Below are positions 20,029 through 30,389 of a DNA stretch of 64,000 nt, piece after piece. The notes under the pieces were generated by a model, which searched no databases, had not been told where the DNA came from, and saw only the letters and a list, made by a program, of their open reading frames with translations. Within the stretch, counting starts at the first letter, position 1. Every line of letters starts with the position of its first letter. The DNA is from Thermodesulfobacteriota bacterium (lineage in GTDB: Bacteria > Desulfobacterota > Binatia > Bin18), in the NCBI GenBank assembly GCA_964291405.2, contig OZ219926.1, positions 3,424,001-3,488,000 of the forward strand, given 5' to 3'. Both the position numbers and the translations under genes were made by a program.

Positions 20029-21762
20029 ATGGCTGAGTTTGATGTCCATATTAAAGGGGGAACGGTTGTTGATGGGACACGCGTCCCGCGCTTTCAGGCT
20101 GATGTCTGGATCAAAGATGGAAAAATCGCTCAGGTTGGCGGTCGGGCGGCCGGTGGAGCGAAAAAGGTCATTGATGCGGACGGACTGATCGTTGCCCCCG
20201 GATTTGTTGACCTGCATACCCATTACGACGCACAGATTCGCTGGGACCCCTGGTGCACGATTTCCGGCTGGCACGGCGTGACCTCAGTGGTTCTCGGTAA
20301 CTGCGGCTTCGGCTTTGCTCCGGTCAAACCCGAGTTTCAGGAACGCTCCATGCTCACCATGACGCGTACGGAAGCCATCCCGTATGATTCCATGAAAGAA
20401 GGCATGACCTGGGACTGGGAAACCATCCCTGAATATCTGGACTCGTTGGACCGCTCAGCCAAAGGCGTCAACTGTATCCAGTATATGCCTACCGCGTCGC
20501 TCATGACCTATGTGATGGGACTGGAGGCCGCCAAGTCCCGTACGGCCACACCCGTGGAAAAGCAAGAGATGCAGCGACTCTTGCATGAAGGTATGGATGC
20601 CGGGCTGTGTGGCTTCTCCATTCAGCGGCTCGGTCCCGACTCAACGCAAGCCGATTATGATGGCTCCCCGATGGTGACGGACATCATGGCGGATGAGGAT
20701 ATTCTGAACCTGGCCGAAGTCCTGCGGGAACGAGACGAAGGGTTTATCCAGATCACTCAATCAACCGGACATATTAAGGCTGACTTGACCTTTCTGGAGA
20801 AGCTGGCGGAAACCGCACGCCGACCTATTCTGCACAACGTCATTGTCGCGGCCCGCAAGGACCCGAAAGTCCATCGCCGGAGTTTAGACTGGCTGGAGCG
20901 CTGCCGGGAGAGAGACCTGCCGATCTATGGTCAGACGGGAACGCATCGGACGGGTTTTGCATTCACGCTGGAACACTGGAATCTGTACGATGCCAGTCCG
21001 GCCTGGCGTGAGCTGACGACCGGAACCAAAAGTGACAAGCTGGTGAAGATGAAAAACCCGGCCCTGCGTGCCGCAGTCAAGCGCGAGACTGAAGAAGCGG
21101 ACCGGAAGCTGCAAGTCATCCAGGCCGGTGTTGGCGGCCCGATTCCAAGACTGGTCGTCCAGACGGCCAATAATCAAGCCGATCTGGAACCCTATGTGGG
21201 GAAATCCGTTGGTCAGATTGCAGAAGAAGAGGGCAAAGACCCTATCGACGTCATGCTCGACCTGTCGGTTGCCGGTGATCTGAATGTCGAATTCCTGGGA
21301 CCGGATCGTGGGTTTAATGCCCAGCATACGGCGGAGATGATCAACGACTCGTATTTCACCGTTCCGGGTGCCTCGGACGGTGGTGCGCATACCAAGTTTT
21401 TCACGGGCGGCGCTTTTACGACCGACTTCCTGCGCTGGTTAGTCCGGGAGGAACAACTGATCAGCCTGGAAGAGGCGCATTATCGGCTCTCCGCCCTGCC
21501 TGCGCATGCGGCCGGCTTCCGTGACCGCGGGGTGTTGCGCGAGGGTGCGGCCGCCGATGTGGTGATCTATAACTTGGACGAGCTGGACATTGAGCCGAAT
21601 TGGATCGGCGAGATTGTGCACGACTTCCCTGGGAATGAATGGCGCCGGATTCAGCGGGCCAAAGGCTATCACGCTATTCTGGTAAACGGAGTCCAGACGT
21701 TTGAAGATGGCGAATGTACCGGGGAAACACCTGGCCTCCTGCTTCGCAACGGGCGAGGCTAA
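20029..21762 (+). CDS. N-acyl-D-amino-acid deacylase-like amidohydrolase
   Basis: APGFVDLHTHYDAQ, HGVTSVVLGNCGFG, SDGGAH, DRGVLREGAAAD. Confidence 0.9.
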   Translation: MAEFDVHIKGGTVVDGTRVPRFQADVWIKDGKIAQVGGRAAGGAKKVIDADGLIVAPGFVDLHTHYDAQIRWDPWCTISGWHGVTSVVLGNCGFGFAPVKPEFQERSMLTMTRTEAIPYDSMKEGMTWDWETIPEYLDSLDRSAKGVNCIQYMPTASLMTYVMGLEAAKSRTATPVEKQEMQRLLHEGMDAGLCGFSIQRLGPDSTQADYDGSPMVTDIMADEDILNLAEVLRERDEGFIQITQSTGHIKADLTFLEKLAETARRPILHNVIVAARKDPKVHRRSLDWLERCRERDLPIYGQTGTHRTGFAFTLEHWNLYDASPAWRELTTGTKSDKLVKMKNPALRAAVKRETEEADRKLQVIQAGVGGPIPRLVVQTANNQADLEPYVGKSVGQIAEEEGKDPIDVMLDLSVAGDLNVEFLGPDRGFNAQHTAEMINDSYFTVPGASDGGAHTKFFTGGAFTTDFLRWLVREEQLISLEEAHYRLSALPAHAAGFRDRGVLREGAAADVVIYNLDELDIEPNWIGEIVHDFPGNEWRRIQRAKGYHAILVNGVQTFEDGECTGETPGLLLRNGRG

Positions 21763-21832
21763 GCACCGTTTCCCTTGCGTTTCTCACAACGACGACGTGG
21801 TCGTCTGTTGTTTTCCCATGATTTATAGAGGG

Positions 21833-21861
21833 GTCGGGGCGGGTTTCAAACCCGCCCCGAC
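21833..21861. repeat. REP-like palindrome (GTAG-family-like variant)
   Basis: GTCGGGGCGGGTTT-C-AAACCCGCCCCGAC, downstream of a gene end. Confidence 0.75.
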
Positions 21862-21957
21862 TCTGTTCAGCCTACGTTCAGCCTGGTATACTTAGACTGC
21901 CTTCATAAGAAAAACACATCCCCGCGAAGGAGGTGAAGAGCATTGAGAGATGAGGCG

Positions 21958-22455
21958 ATGAGTTCGCTTCCCGCAGTTGTTCGACCAGGGGCTGAGCAAC
22001 TGTCCCCCGCACCTCCTTGCCTCCTGTGCCCAGCCTGTTTCTGGAGCGGTCGGCCGCAGTCCCGTCTCCGCGGTTCTTTTGTCGTTGAGAGCCTCCTATG
22101 GGCACTCGGCATGACGAGTATGGGCCTACTGCTATTGGCGGGACAGCTCGTTCAGCTCCTAGTTGCGCTATCGTATCTGCCTGGTTTGGGATACTCAGTC
22201 TGGAGACGGTATCGCCGTTCTGCCGTCTGCCCTCAGTGCGGGAGCGGACCGCTGCTCCCTGAGGATGCCGTGTATCCCCCGACCTGCTCCCATTTTCTTT
22301 TTAGTACGGAGCCGAGGCGTGTGCCGGATGAAAACCGCGGGTGGTCGGCCGCCAGCAAAGGCCCGGCCCATCCTCCAATGCCGCTTCTTGAGTCAGTACC
22401 AAAGAGCAGACGGGCGCCAGGACGAGAGTCAGAGTCATGCGCCCAGGGAAGGTAA
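21958..22455 (+). CDS. Hypothetical membrane protein with two CxxC motifs flanking two TM helices
   Basis: CPAC...hydrophobic hairpin...CPQCGS; the C-terminal third is low complexity. Confidence 0.5.
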   Translation: MSSLPAVVRPGAEQLSPAPPCLLCPACFWSGRPQSRLRGSFVVESLLWALGMTSMGLLLLAGQLVQLLVALSYLPGLGYSVWRRYRRSAVCPQCGSGPLLPEDAVYPPTCSHFLFSTEPRRVPDENRGWSAASKGPAHPPMPLLESVPKSRRAPGRESESCAQGR

Positions 22456-22575
22456 GCAGCCACTCCAAAAGGGGACATACCGTGCTTACCGTCCGGTGTT
22501 CGGGAGAGCGGAGCATGCGGAACCCCATTGCCGTGCGCGATCTCTGCTCCCTCCTCTTAACGAAAAGAGGCTCTT

Positions 22576-24426
22576 ATGTGGACCAACGTGACACACGCAA
22601 CGAAGGACGTGACCGATTATCAGTTCCGACGGCTCATTGTCGATCTCGGACACGAGCACATTCAGCAGCAGGTCGTTCCCTGCCGCGATCTGGACGACTT
22701 CCTGGGCGGTATGGGGCGTGCGTTTCGCGTGCTCGAACACTATGACGTTGAGGACGCCTATGCCCCGGACGCGCCGCTGGTGATGAACCTGGGAGTGTTC
22801 TCCGGTACGCCGCTGATGACGGGCTTGCGCGTGTTCTTCTCCGCCTACAGTCCGCTTAAAGTCGCCAATAACGGCAAGCCCTTTGCCATGTGGGCGACGG
22901 CGTCCGGGAAATTCGCCACAAAAGTGCTGGCTGCCACTGTTGATGAAGTCATTTTTCTCGGACGGGCGACGCGTCCAGTGTTGCTGTTGATACGCCATAC
23001 CAACGACGCTGGTCTGTCCCTCTCGCTCGAAGATGCGCGGAGCATCACCGGCATGACCACTCATGATAAAATTCTCTCCCTGACCGATCGGTACCAGGAT
23101 GCGCACGTTGCCGTAATCGGACCCGCCGGAGAACAGTGGCAACAGAACTGCTACGCGTCTATTGCCTGCAGTACGGTGAATCAAATCCACTCCCGTGAAT
23201 GTAAGCCGCGATTTGCCGGTCGAGGTGGCATGGGCAGTATCATGGGATCTAAAAACCTGATCGCTATTGTCGCCCAGGCTCCAGACCGGACACGCGGCAA
23301 GCTCTCTCCCGCCTTGCTCACGGCGAATAAAGAGATCAGTCGAGGCCCGGGATCAGTCAACTATCGCGATACCAGGAAGGGCGGTAACGGCGGGACCTGG
23401 CGTAATGTCGCTGGCCTGCATCCGGTCGGGGCGTTACCCGAGAAGAACTTTTGGCCACAAGGCACCGAACAGCCTGTGCCCCTGTATCGGGACTCGATGG
23501 AAGACACTTACTGTATTAAAGACGAGTCGTGTTTTCAGTGCGGCATTGCCTGCCATAAAAATATTTACTCCGTGCACAAAGAGAACGGACGGCGCAAGCC
23601 TGGAAAATTTTATACAAAGTTTGACTATGAACCACTGGACCTGCTGACGGTGAACCTCGGCATATATGATCCGGAGCAGTCTCTCGAACTTGTTGAGCTG
23701 GTCGATCAGGTTGGCTTTGATGCGATTAGTCTGGGCGTTACCTTAGGGTATATTATGGACTACAACGCCCGTCATCCTGAGCAACCGATTGTGGGTGGCC
23801 TAGCGTTTGGCGATTTCGCAGCCACACGTCGCGTGATTGTTCAGGCCGCGGCCGGTGGGGTGCCTGAGATCGGACGCGGAGTGAAACGCCTGTCCGAGCG
23901 GTTGGGCGAACCTGCCTATGCCATGCACTGCAAGGGCCTGGAACTGCCGGCCTACCTGCCAGAAACAAACCCGGGCTATCCGTTCGCTATTGCGGGCGGC
24001 CATATGGGGATGCGGACCTTTCTCCTGCTCGTGACCGAAGGGAAGACCGACCTTGATTACTGGGTCGATGCCATTGTGAGACGTGGCATTTACTACACCC
24101 GGGATGATGTCATTGGACTCTGTAAATTTGCCGGAACGCCAGATGAGATAATTGAACCCGTTTTCCAGGACCTGTACGGAGTGACGGTCACGCGTGAGGA
24201 TATGCAGCATGCAACCCAGCGTGCCTATCTTCGGGGGCTCTTATTAGAACGGAAGCAGGGCGCAACTCTGGACGATTACATGTTGCCCGCTCGGGTCTAT
24301 GAGCAGAATCTGCATGTCCAGTTACCACATTTTCTGACGCCAGACTTTTGGGACCAATTACGCGCGCGCGTTCTCCAGGCGTTTGATGAACAAATTGTCT
24401 CCTATGGTCTGCGCCCGGCCGCCTGA
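22576..24426 (+). CDS. Aldehyde:ferredoxin oxidoreductase (AOR/WOR) family protein
   Basis: IGPAGE, AGRGGMGSIMGSKNL, CFQCGIAC (4Fe-4S), KGLELPAY. Confidence 0.9.
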   Translation: MWTNVTHATKDVTDYQFRRLIVDLGHEHIQQQVVPCRDLDDFLGGMGRAFRVLEHYDVEDAYAPDAPLVMNLGVFSGTPLMTGLRVFFSAYSPLKVANNGKPFAMWATASGKFATKVLAATVDEVIFLGRATRPVLLLIRHTNDAGLSLSLEDARSITGMTTHDKILSLTDRYQDAHVAVIGPAGEQWQQNCYASIACSTVNQIHSRECKPRFAGRGGMGSIMGSKNLIAIVAQAPDRTRGKLSPALLTANKEISRGPGSVNYRDTRKGGNGGTWRNVAGLHPVGALPEKNFWPQGTEQPVPLYRDSMEDTYCIKDESCFQCGIACHKNIYSVHKENGRRKPGKFYTKFDYEPLDLLTVNLGIYDPEQSLELVELVDQVGFDAISLGVTLGYIMDYNARHPEQPIVGGLAFGDFAATRRVIVQAAAGGVPEIGRGVKRLSERLGEPAYAMHCKGLELPAYLPETNPGYPFAIAGGHMGMRTFLLLVTEGKTDLDYWVDAIVRRGIYYTRDDVIGLCKFAGTPDEIIEPVFQDLYGVTVTREDMQHATQRAYLRGLLLERKQGATLDDYMLPARVYEQNLHVQLPHFLTPDFWDQLRARVLQAFDEQIVSYGLRPAA

Positions 24427-24436
24427 ATATGACGTT

Positions 24437-25054
24437 GTGACGCACTTTATCCGGTTGTTCAAGTCGCATACGGACCGTCGTCCTGTACGGGCTATTGCCT
24501 TTGACCTCGACAGCACGCTCACACGGCCCTATCTGGACTTCACCCGGCTCAGAGCCCAGCTCGACCTGCCCGAGGGCGATATCCTCCACTGGGCCGACTC
24601 CCTCCCGCCTCGCCAACGGGCTGAAGCCTTTGCTACTATTGAGGCATTTGAACAAGACGGGGTCGATCATGTCGCCTGGAACGACGGGGCGCAGGAGACA
24701 TTAGCGGCGCTCCAGGCCTGCGGTCTGCCTGTCGCCATTATTACCCGCAACAGTCGGACTTCACTCACCGCCGTATGTGCGCACTTGGATATCCGCGTCG
24801 ACGCTCTGATTGCCCGAGAGGACGCAACTCCCAAGCCGGACCCGGCCTGTGTCCGTCTGGCAAGCGCCCGCCTGGGTGTTCGCGTAGAGACCTTACTCAT
24901 GGTAGGGGACTTTCGGCACGATACCGAGGCCGGACGTGCGGCTGGTGCCATGACGGTCCTCCTGACCAACGGCAAAACGCCGACCTGGACGGTTGAGGCC
25001 GACCTGGTGATTCGCCGTCTGCCCGAACTCTTGGCCTATATGGAAAAAGAGTAA
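24437..25054 (+). CDS. HAD family hydrolase
   Basis: FDLDSTL, ITRN, KPDP, MVGDFRHD motifs; start codon uncertain. Confidence 0.85.
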   Translation: MTHFIRLFKSHTDRRPVRAIAFDLDSTLTRPYLDFTRLRAQLDLPEGDILHWADSLPPRQRAEAFATIEAFEQDGVDHVAWNDGAQETLAALQACGLPVAIITRNSRTSLTAVCAHLDIRVDALIAREDATPKPDPACVRLASARLGVRVETLLMVGDFRHDTEAGRAAGAMTVLLTNGKTPTWTVEADLVIRRLPELLAYMEKE

Positions 25055-25100
25055 ACGTGTCCGCCGGTAGACATGCAGATGTTGACACGTTTACTCTTTT
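25045..25100. repeat. ~55-bp palindromic element, copy 3
   Basis: AAAAGAGTAAACGTGTC...TAGACATGCAGATGTT...GACACGTTTACTCTTTT; contains the TAA stop of the HAD gene. Confidence 0.85.
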
Positions 25101-25132
25101 CTGGACTCTCAACATAATGCAGGAGGACACCC

Positions 25133-26206
25133 ATGGAGTTTGCCATTGCCTACCCGGCTAAACCAGATGCGTGGAAAGACATTGTTGTGGCTGAAGACAA
25201 CGGCTTCAGCCATGCCTGGCTGTACGACTCACAGATGATCTATAGCGATGTGTATGCGTGCATGGCGCTTGCCGCGGAGCATACCACTACGATTGTTCTA
25301 GGGACTGGCGTTGCCATCCCGAGTAATCGTATCGCTCCGGTGACCGCCCACTCCATTGCTACCATCAATCAACTCGCGCCCGGTCGGGTCATCCTCGGGT
25401 TGGGAACCGGATTCACCGGACGCAATACCATGGGTCTCCCGCCGGTCTCGCTCAAAGGCATACGCCACTATATCGAGCAGTGCCGCAGCCTGCTCAAGGG
25501 AGAAGAGGTGCTCTTTCAAGACAACGAAGGCAATAGGTCTCGCCAACGCTGGATTCGCTTCCTGCACCAAGACCACGGCTATATTAATCTGAGAGACCCG
25601 ATTCCAATTCACTTTGCGGCCAACGGGCCAAAGGCCCTGGAACTGACCGGAGAGATCGCAGACGGTTGGATTACGACTATCTCTTCCCCGGACACCTTAC
25701 GCAAAAACCTGGCGGTAGTCGAAAAGGGCGCGACTCGTGTTGGACGGTCAGCCCAAGACCTGCCCAATGTCGCCCTGACCTCAGCTTGTGTGCTGCAACC
25801 GGGTGAGTCGGCGACCGCACAGCGCGTCATGGACCGAGTTGGTCCATTTGCCATTGTGGCCCTCCACGCCTTGTGGGAGCAGTCTGCGGTCACGGCTAAT
25901 ATGCCGCCCGCCATGGAGCCACTCTATCAGGGCTTTGCCGACTATGTCGCGCAGATGCGCACGCCTGAGGATCGTCGCTATCTCGAAGTCCACGAGGGCC
26001 ACCTGATCTACCTCAAGCCGGGGGAAGAGCGCTACTGTAATGAAGACCTGATTCGCGGCATGACGCTGACGGGGACGGGCGAAGAGATCATTGCCCGGCT
26101 CAAGGCGCTCGAAGCGGCCGGTCTCAAGCAGGTTGCGGTTCAGGTCGTGAACAATGGGCGCGAAATGATCGAAGAATTCAGTCGCGAGGTCATTGCGAAA
26201 TACTAG
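25133..26206 (+). CDS. LLM class (luciferase-like) flavin/F420-dependent oxidoreductase
   Basis: AEDNGFSHAWLYDS, LGTGV, GRVILGLGTG, AANGPKALELTGEIADG. Confidence 0.9.
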   Translation: MEFAIAYPAKPDAWKDIVVAEDNGFSHAWLYDSQMIYSDVYACMALAAEHTTTIVLGTGVAIPSNRIAPVTAHSIATINQLAPGRVILGLGTGFTGRNTMGLPPVSLKGIRHYIEQCRSLLKGEEVLFQDNEGNRSRQRWIRFLHQDHGYINLRDPIPIHFAANGPKALELTGEIADGWITTISSPDTLRKNLAVVEKGATRVGRSAQDLPNVALTSACVLQPGESATAQRVMDRVGPFAIVALHALWEQSAVTANMPPAMEPLYQGFADYVAQMRTPEDRRYLEVHEGHLIYLKPGEERYCNEDLIRGMTLTGTGEEIIARLKALEAAGLKQVAVQVVNNGREMIEEFSREVIAKY

Positions 26207-26213
26207 GTGGACT

Positions 26214-27356
26214 ATGACACGAGACTCCATCACGCTTGGTATCGCTATTTCTCTGAGTGGCCGCTATGCCCTGCTCGGACGTCAGGTCCTTGAAGGACTG
26301 GAATGCTATATCCGCGATGTGAACGCCACCGGTGGGATGCGGTTCGGGGCCGAAAATCGAAGACTCCCCGTCTCTCTGATTATCGAAGACGACGAAAGTG
26401 ACGAGACGAAAGTCCGCAGCCTGATCGAGAAGTTGATCACCCACGATAAGGTTGATCTGCTGATGGGGCCCTACGGTAGCGGGCTGACCCTGGCCGCCGC
26501 AGAGACGGCCGAGGCTGCCCAGCAGGTGCTGTGGAACCATAGCGGGTCGGCCGACGAAATCTTCGAGTGTAACCTCTCCTGGGTCGTGGGCCTGTTGAGT
26601 CCGGCGTCCCAATACCTCTGCGCCATTCTCGAACTGCTGCGCACGCTCGACCCTGAGGCAAAACGGGTGGCCTTACTGAGTGCCAAAACCGGCTTTGCCA
26701 CCGATATGGCCAGCGGCGCGCTGGCCTGGATTCAACGCCACGGACTGACGCTTACCAGCCATCAACTGTACCGGTCCGGTCTCGACGATTTCAGCCCGTT
26801 GCTCAACCCGCTTAAGGACGACCCGCCGGACTGGCTGCTCAGCGTTGGCCGCGTCGAGGACGACCTGCGGCTGGGTCGGCAGTTGTGTGACCTGCGGCCC
26901 CGGCTTAAGGCCGCCGGGCTGGTCGTTGCCGCCATCAGCCGCTTTAAGGCCGAGCTCGGTGAGCGGGCTGACGGGTTTCTGGCTCCAAGCCAGTGGGAGC
27001 CGCAAGTGGAGTACGGGGTGGACTGTGGCCCGTCAGAAAACGAGTTTCTGACCCATTACCTCAAAGGCGCAACTGTACCTATCGACTACCCGGCCGCCCA
27101 AGGCTATACCGCCGGCGTCATTGCCCAGCGCTGCGTCGAAGAAGTCGGTGGCGTGGACCAAGACGCCCTGCGCGCGGCTGCGAGTCGTCTGCGGTGTACG
27201 ACCTTCTACGGCCCGTATGCCATTGACGCGCAGACCGGCCGCCAGACCGCTCATCCCATGCTGGTCACCCAGTGGCAGAAGGGCCGTAAGGAAATCGTAT
27301 GGCCGCGCACGGTGGCCGAGGCTCAGCCGGTCTATCCGGGGCCGTTGTGGGAGTAG
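26214..27356 (+). CDS. LivJ-like amino acid binding protein without an evident signal peptide
   Basis: SLSGRYA, DDESD, GPYGSG, TQWQKG..IVWP; the N-terminus begins directly at the mature fold. Confidence 0.85.
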   Translation: MTRDSITLGIAISLSGRYALLGRQVLEGLECYIRDVNATGGMRFGAENRRLPVSLIIEDDESDETKVRSLIEKLITHDKVDLLMGPYGSGLTLAAAETAEAAQQVLWNHSGSADEIFECNLSWVVGLLSPASQYLCAILELLRTLDPEAKRVALLSAKTGFATDMASGALAWIQRHGLTLTSHQLYRSGLDDFSPLLNPLKDDPPDWLLSVGRVEDDLRLGRQLCDLRPRLKAAGLVVAAISRFKAELGERADGFLAPSQWEPQVEYGVDCGPSENEFLTHYLKGATVPIDYPAAQGYTAGVIAQRCVEEVGGVDQDALRAAASRLRCTTFYGPYAIDAQTGRQTAHPMLVTQWQKGRKEIVWPRTVAEAQPVYPGPLWE

Positions 27357-27511
27357 ATGGATGAGGGAGCAATGTTCCGGGATGTGAACCCGTCCAATAA
27401 TTGAACTTACTCTCTACCTTGGTTACACTGCCGTAGAGTTGGGATAGGAAGAGCATATAACTATCAGTTACCTATTTCAGCGAGAACATTTTTAAGAAAG
27501 GGGCAAGCGAA

Positions 27512-28522
27512 ATGAGTCTCATCAGAGCCGAGTATATTTGGATAGACGGCAACAAACCGACTGCTACATTGCGCTCAAAAACGAAAATACTTGACGGACC
27601 CATTAGCAGCCTCGAAGACGTTCCCCTATGGGGATTCGACGGTTCAAGCACTATGCAGGCTGAAGGGCATGACAGCGATCGCCTGCTCCGCCCCATTTAT
27701 TATGTGCCTGACCCCATCCGCCGCGGCGACAATATCCTGGTCATGAACGAGGTGCGGCTCCCGGATGGATCGGTACATGAGTCCAACACACGGGCTCACT
27801 TGGTCAAGCTGCAAGAAAAGTATAAAGACCATGAGCCCTGGTTCGGCATTGAGCAGGAGTATACCTTTTTTCGAGGCCGCTCGCCCTTGGGTTGGCCGGA
27901 GGGAGGCTATCCCGCGCCCCAGGGACCGTTCTATTGCGGTGTTGGTGCCGATGAGGTCTTTGGCCGGGAAATAGTTGAGGCCCATATGAATGCCTGTCTG
28001 GAAGCCGGGCTGGCCCTGTCCGGCATCAATGCCGAGGTCATGCCCGGACAGTGGGAATTTCAGATCGGCCCAATAGGGATTCCTGAGGTGGCGGATCAAT
28101 TATGGATCGCCCGCTGGTTGCTGTATCGCATCGCCGAGGATTCTGGCGTCAATGCCACCCTGCATCCAAAACCGGTCAAAGGTGATTGGAACGGCGCCGG
28201 CGCCCACACAAATTTCAGCACCAAAGCCATGCGTGAGGAGGGGGGCCTGCGGGTGGTGAGAGCCGCCTGCGAGGCGCTGGAAAAGCGGCACGAGGAACAC
28301 ATTGCCGTATACGGCGCCCACAACGAAGAGCGCCTCACCGGCCTGCATGAGACGTGCAGCATCCACGAATTCCGCTACGGTATCAGTGACCGGGGAGCCT
28401 CGGTCCGCATTCCGATGGCCACGGCCAACGAGGGACGCGGCTATCTGGAAGATCGTCGTCCGGCCGCCAATATGGACCCCTATCAGGTCTGTGCCGCGCT
28501 GCTCGAAACCACATGTGGTTGA
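27512..28522 (+). CDS. glnII: Glutamine synthetase type II
   Basis: AEYIWIDG, LRSKT, WGFDGSST, FGIEQEY, NAEVMPGQWEFQ, GDWNGAGAHTNFST, GYLEDRRPAANMDPY; 336 aa. Confidence 0.93.
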   Translation: MSLIRAEYIWIDGNKPTATLRSKTKILDGPISSLEDVPLWGFDGSSTMQAEGHDSDRLLRPIYYVPDPIRRGDNILVMNEVRLPDGSVHESNTRAHLVKLQEKYKDHEPWFGIEQEYTFFRGRSPLGWPEGGYPAPQGPFYCGVGADEVFGREIVEAHMNACLEAGLALSGINAEVMPGQWEFQIGPIGIPEVADQLWIARWLLYRIAEDSGVNATLHPKPVKGDWNGAGAHTNFSTKAMREEGGLRVVRAACEALEKRHEEHIAVYGAHNEERLTGLHETCSIHEFRYGISDRGASVRIPMATANEGRGYLEDRRPAANMDPYQVCAALLETTCG

Positions 28523-28558
28523 GCCCGGCACATATCGCCTCTCCCGCGGAGGATCGTC

Positions 28559-29560
28559 ATGCTACACACACCAATCTGCCAGGACCTCGGAATCACCTAT
28601 CCAATTTTTTCCGTGGGTATGGGCGGTGGGATGGCCGGGCCGAAACTCACGGCCGCGGTGTCCAACGCCGGCGGATGTGGCGTCTTGGGCATGGGCGGTT
28701 TGCCCGCGCCCTATATCCGGGAACAAATCCGGCAGGTCCGCGCGCTGACCAATCAGCCTTTTGGCGTCAATATCATTCTCCCCCTGCTGCAAGAGGGACA
28801 GATTGAAACCTGCTTCGCCGAAGCCGTTCCCCTGCTCGTCCTCTTCTGGGGTGACCCTGAACCCTACGTCAAAGAGGCCCATCGCGTCGGGACCAAGGTC
28901 TTCCTCCAGGTTGGCTCAGTTGAAGAAGCCGTGACCGCGGTGAACGTCGGGGTTGACGGCATTATCGCCCAAGGTGTTGAAGCGGGCGGGCATGTCAAAA
29001 GCACCACCTCGCTGTCAACCATCGTCCCGGCCGTAGTCGAAGCCGTTGGACCCGTGCCGGTTATTGCCGCGGGCGGTATTGCTACCGGACGTGGGGTTGC
29101 GGCGGCCTTAACCCTGGGTGCTCAGGCCGTGTCCATGGGCACGCGCTTTGTGGCCAGTGAAGAAATCCAGGTCATCCAGGCATACAAACAGCGCATTGTT
29201 GACAGCACGGCCGAAGATACGGTGCATACCAAACTCTTTGATGTAGGCTGGCCAGATGCCGCTCATCGGGTGTTACGCACTACGGCGATGGACGAATGGG
29301 AAGCCGCGGGTTGCCCGGCCAGCGGTCAGCGGCCCGGAGAAGGCCGCGTCATCGGGACGATGCCCATGGCCGGCACGCCCATAGAGCTGCTCAAATACGG
29401 CATCTTCCCGCCCATGCCCGGCTTTGAGGGCGACCTGGAACAAGCCGCACTGTACGCGGGCGAATCGTGTCGGTTGATTCATGACATCAAGCCGGCCGGT
29501 CGAATCGTGCACGACATCGTGTCCGAAGCTGAAAAGATACTGAACCATCTGCACGCCTGA
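28559..29560 (+). CDS. Nitronate monooxygenase/FabK-like flavoprotein
   Basis: AAVSNAGG, AQGVEAGGH, VIAAGGI, MGTRF. Confidence 0.9.
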   Translation: MLHTPICQDLGITYPIFSVGMGGGMAGPKLTAAVSNAGGCGVLGMGGLPAPYIREQIRQVRALTNQPFGVNIILPLLQEGQIETCFAEAVPLLVLFWGDPEPYVKEAHRVGTKVFLQVGSVEEAVTAVNVGVDGIIAQGVEAGGHVKSTTSLSTIVPAVVEAVGPVPVIAAGGIATGRGVAAALTLGAQAVSMGTRFVASEEIQVIQAYKQRIVDSTAEDTVHTKLFDVGWPDAAHRVLRTTAMDEWEAAGCPASGQRPGEGRVIGTMPMAGTPIELLKYGIFPPMPGFEGDLEQAALYAGESCRLIHDIKPAGRIVHDIVSEAEKILNHLHA

Positions 29561-29684
29561 ATACCGCACTACAGACGCTCCCAAGACCCAGCCCTCACCC
29601 CGGCGACGGCGGAGAGCCGGTCTATGACGGATTCTCCGGCCTTCATTGTTGACGGGAGATAGACAGCACGTTAGTGGAGACGGG

Positions 29685-30377
29685 ATGAAAGAATCGTTTA
29701 TCCTCCTGCTGTGGTGGGTACTGTTCGGTGGCTCACATATGCTCATGTCCGCGCCCAGTTGGCGACCGAAACTGGTTGCCCGGCTTGGTGAGTGGGGTTT
29801 CTTCGGAGTCTATTCTCTGATTGCCATCGTCACCATCGTGCCACTGTGCATGTACTACGGCGCGCACAAGCACACCGGTCCGCAGCTCTGGGTCACGCTG
29901 CTGCCCTACCTGATAGCGCGTGATGTGAATGTCCTGCTCATGGGGCTGGCCTTTATCCTCTTCGTCAGCGGCCTGGCGGCCCTTACGCCCAGCTCCATAC
30001 TGGCCAGCACAGCGCCCCAGGCGTATGGCATCACTCGGATTACCCGCCATCCGGTGTTTGCCTCGTTCTTTTTGTTTGGTGTGGCGCACTGCCTGATGAA
30101 TGGTGCCCTGAGCGACATCGTCTTCTTTGGCGGCTTTGTCGTCCACTCCTGGCTTGGCGCGTGGCGTCAGGATCAACGCAAAGCCGACGAGCTGCCCGGC
30201 TATACGGAATTCCGGCTGTCCACCTCCTTCCTGCCCTTCGGAGCCATTGTCAGCCAACGGCAGCCGTTTCCTCTTGGAGAGCTACGTTGGGGGGCAATCA
30301 TCCTGGGCGTGGTTGTATTCTACCTGGTGCGGACCTTTCACCCTAATATATTTGGCGGGATTTTGATGACGCTCTAG
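29685..30377 (+). CDS. NnrU family membrane protein
   Basis: LFGGSH, GITRITRHP, TSFLPFGAI; multiple TM segments. Confidence 0.85.
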   Translation: MKESFILLLWWVLFGGSHMLMSAPSWRPKLVARLGEWGFFGVYSLIAIVTIVPLCMYYGAHKHTGPQLWVTLLPYLIARDVNVLLMGLAFILFVSGLAALTPSSILASTAPQAYGITRITRHPVFASFFLFGVAHCLMNGALSDIVFFGGFVVHSWLGAWRQDQRKADELPGYTEFRLSTSFLPFGAIVSQRQPFPLGELRWGAIILGVVVFYLVRTFHPNIFGGILMTL

Positions 30378-30389
30378 GATAGTCAGGCT

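Noticed and set aside
27440-27455. Sigma54 promoter upstream of glnII (GG-N10-GC)
   Set aside because: Only the dinucleotides match; flanks differ from TGGCAC-N5-TTGC, so it is too weak to call.
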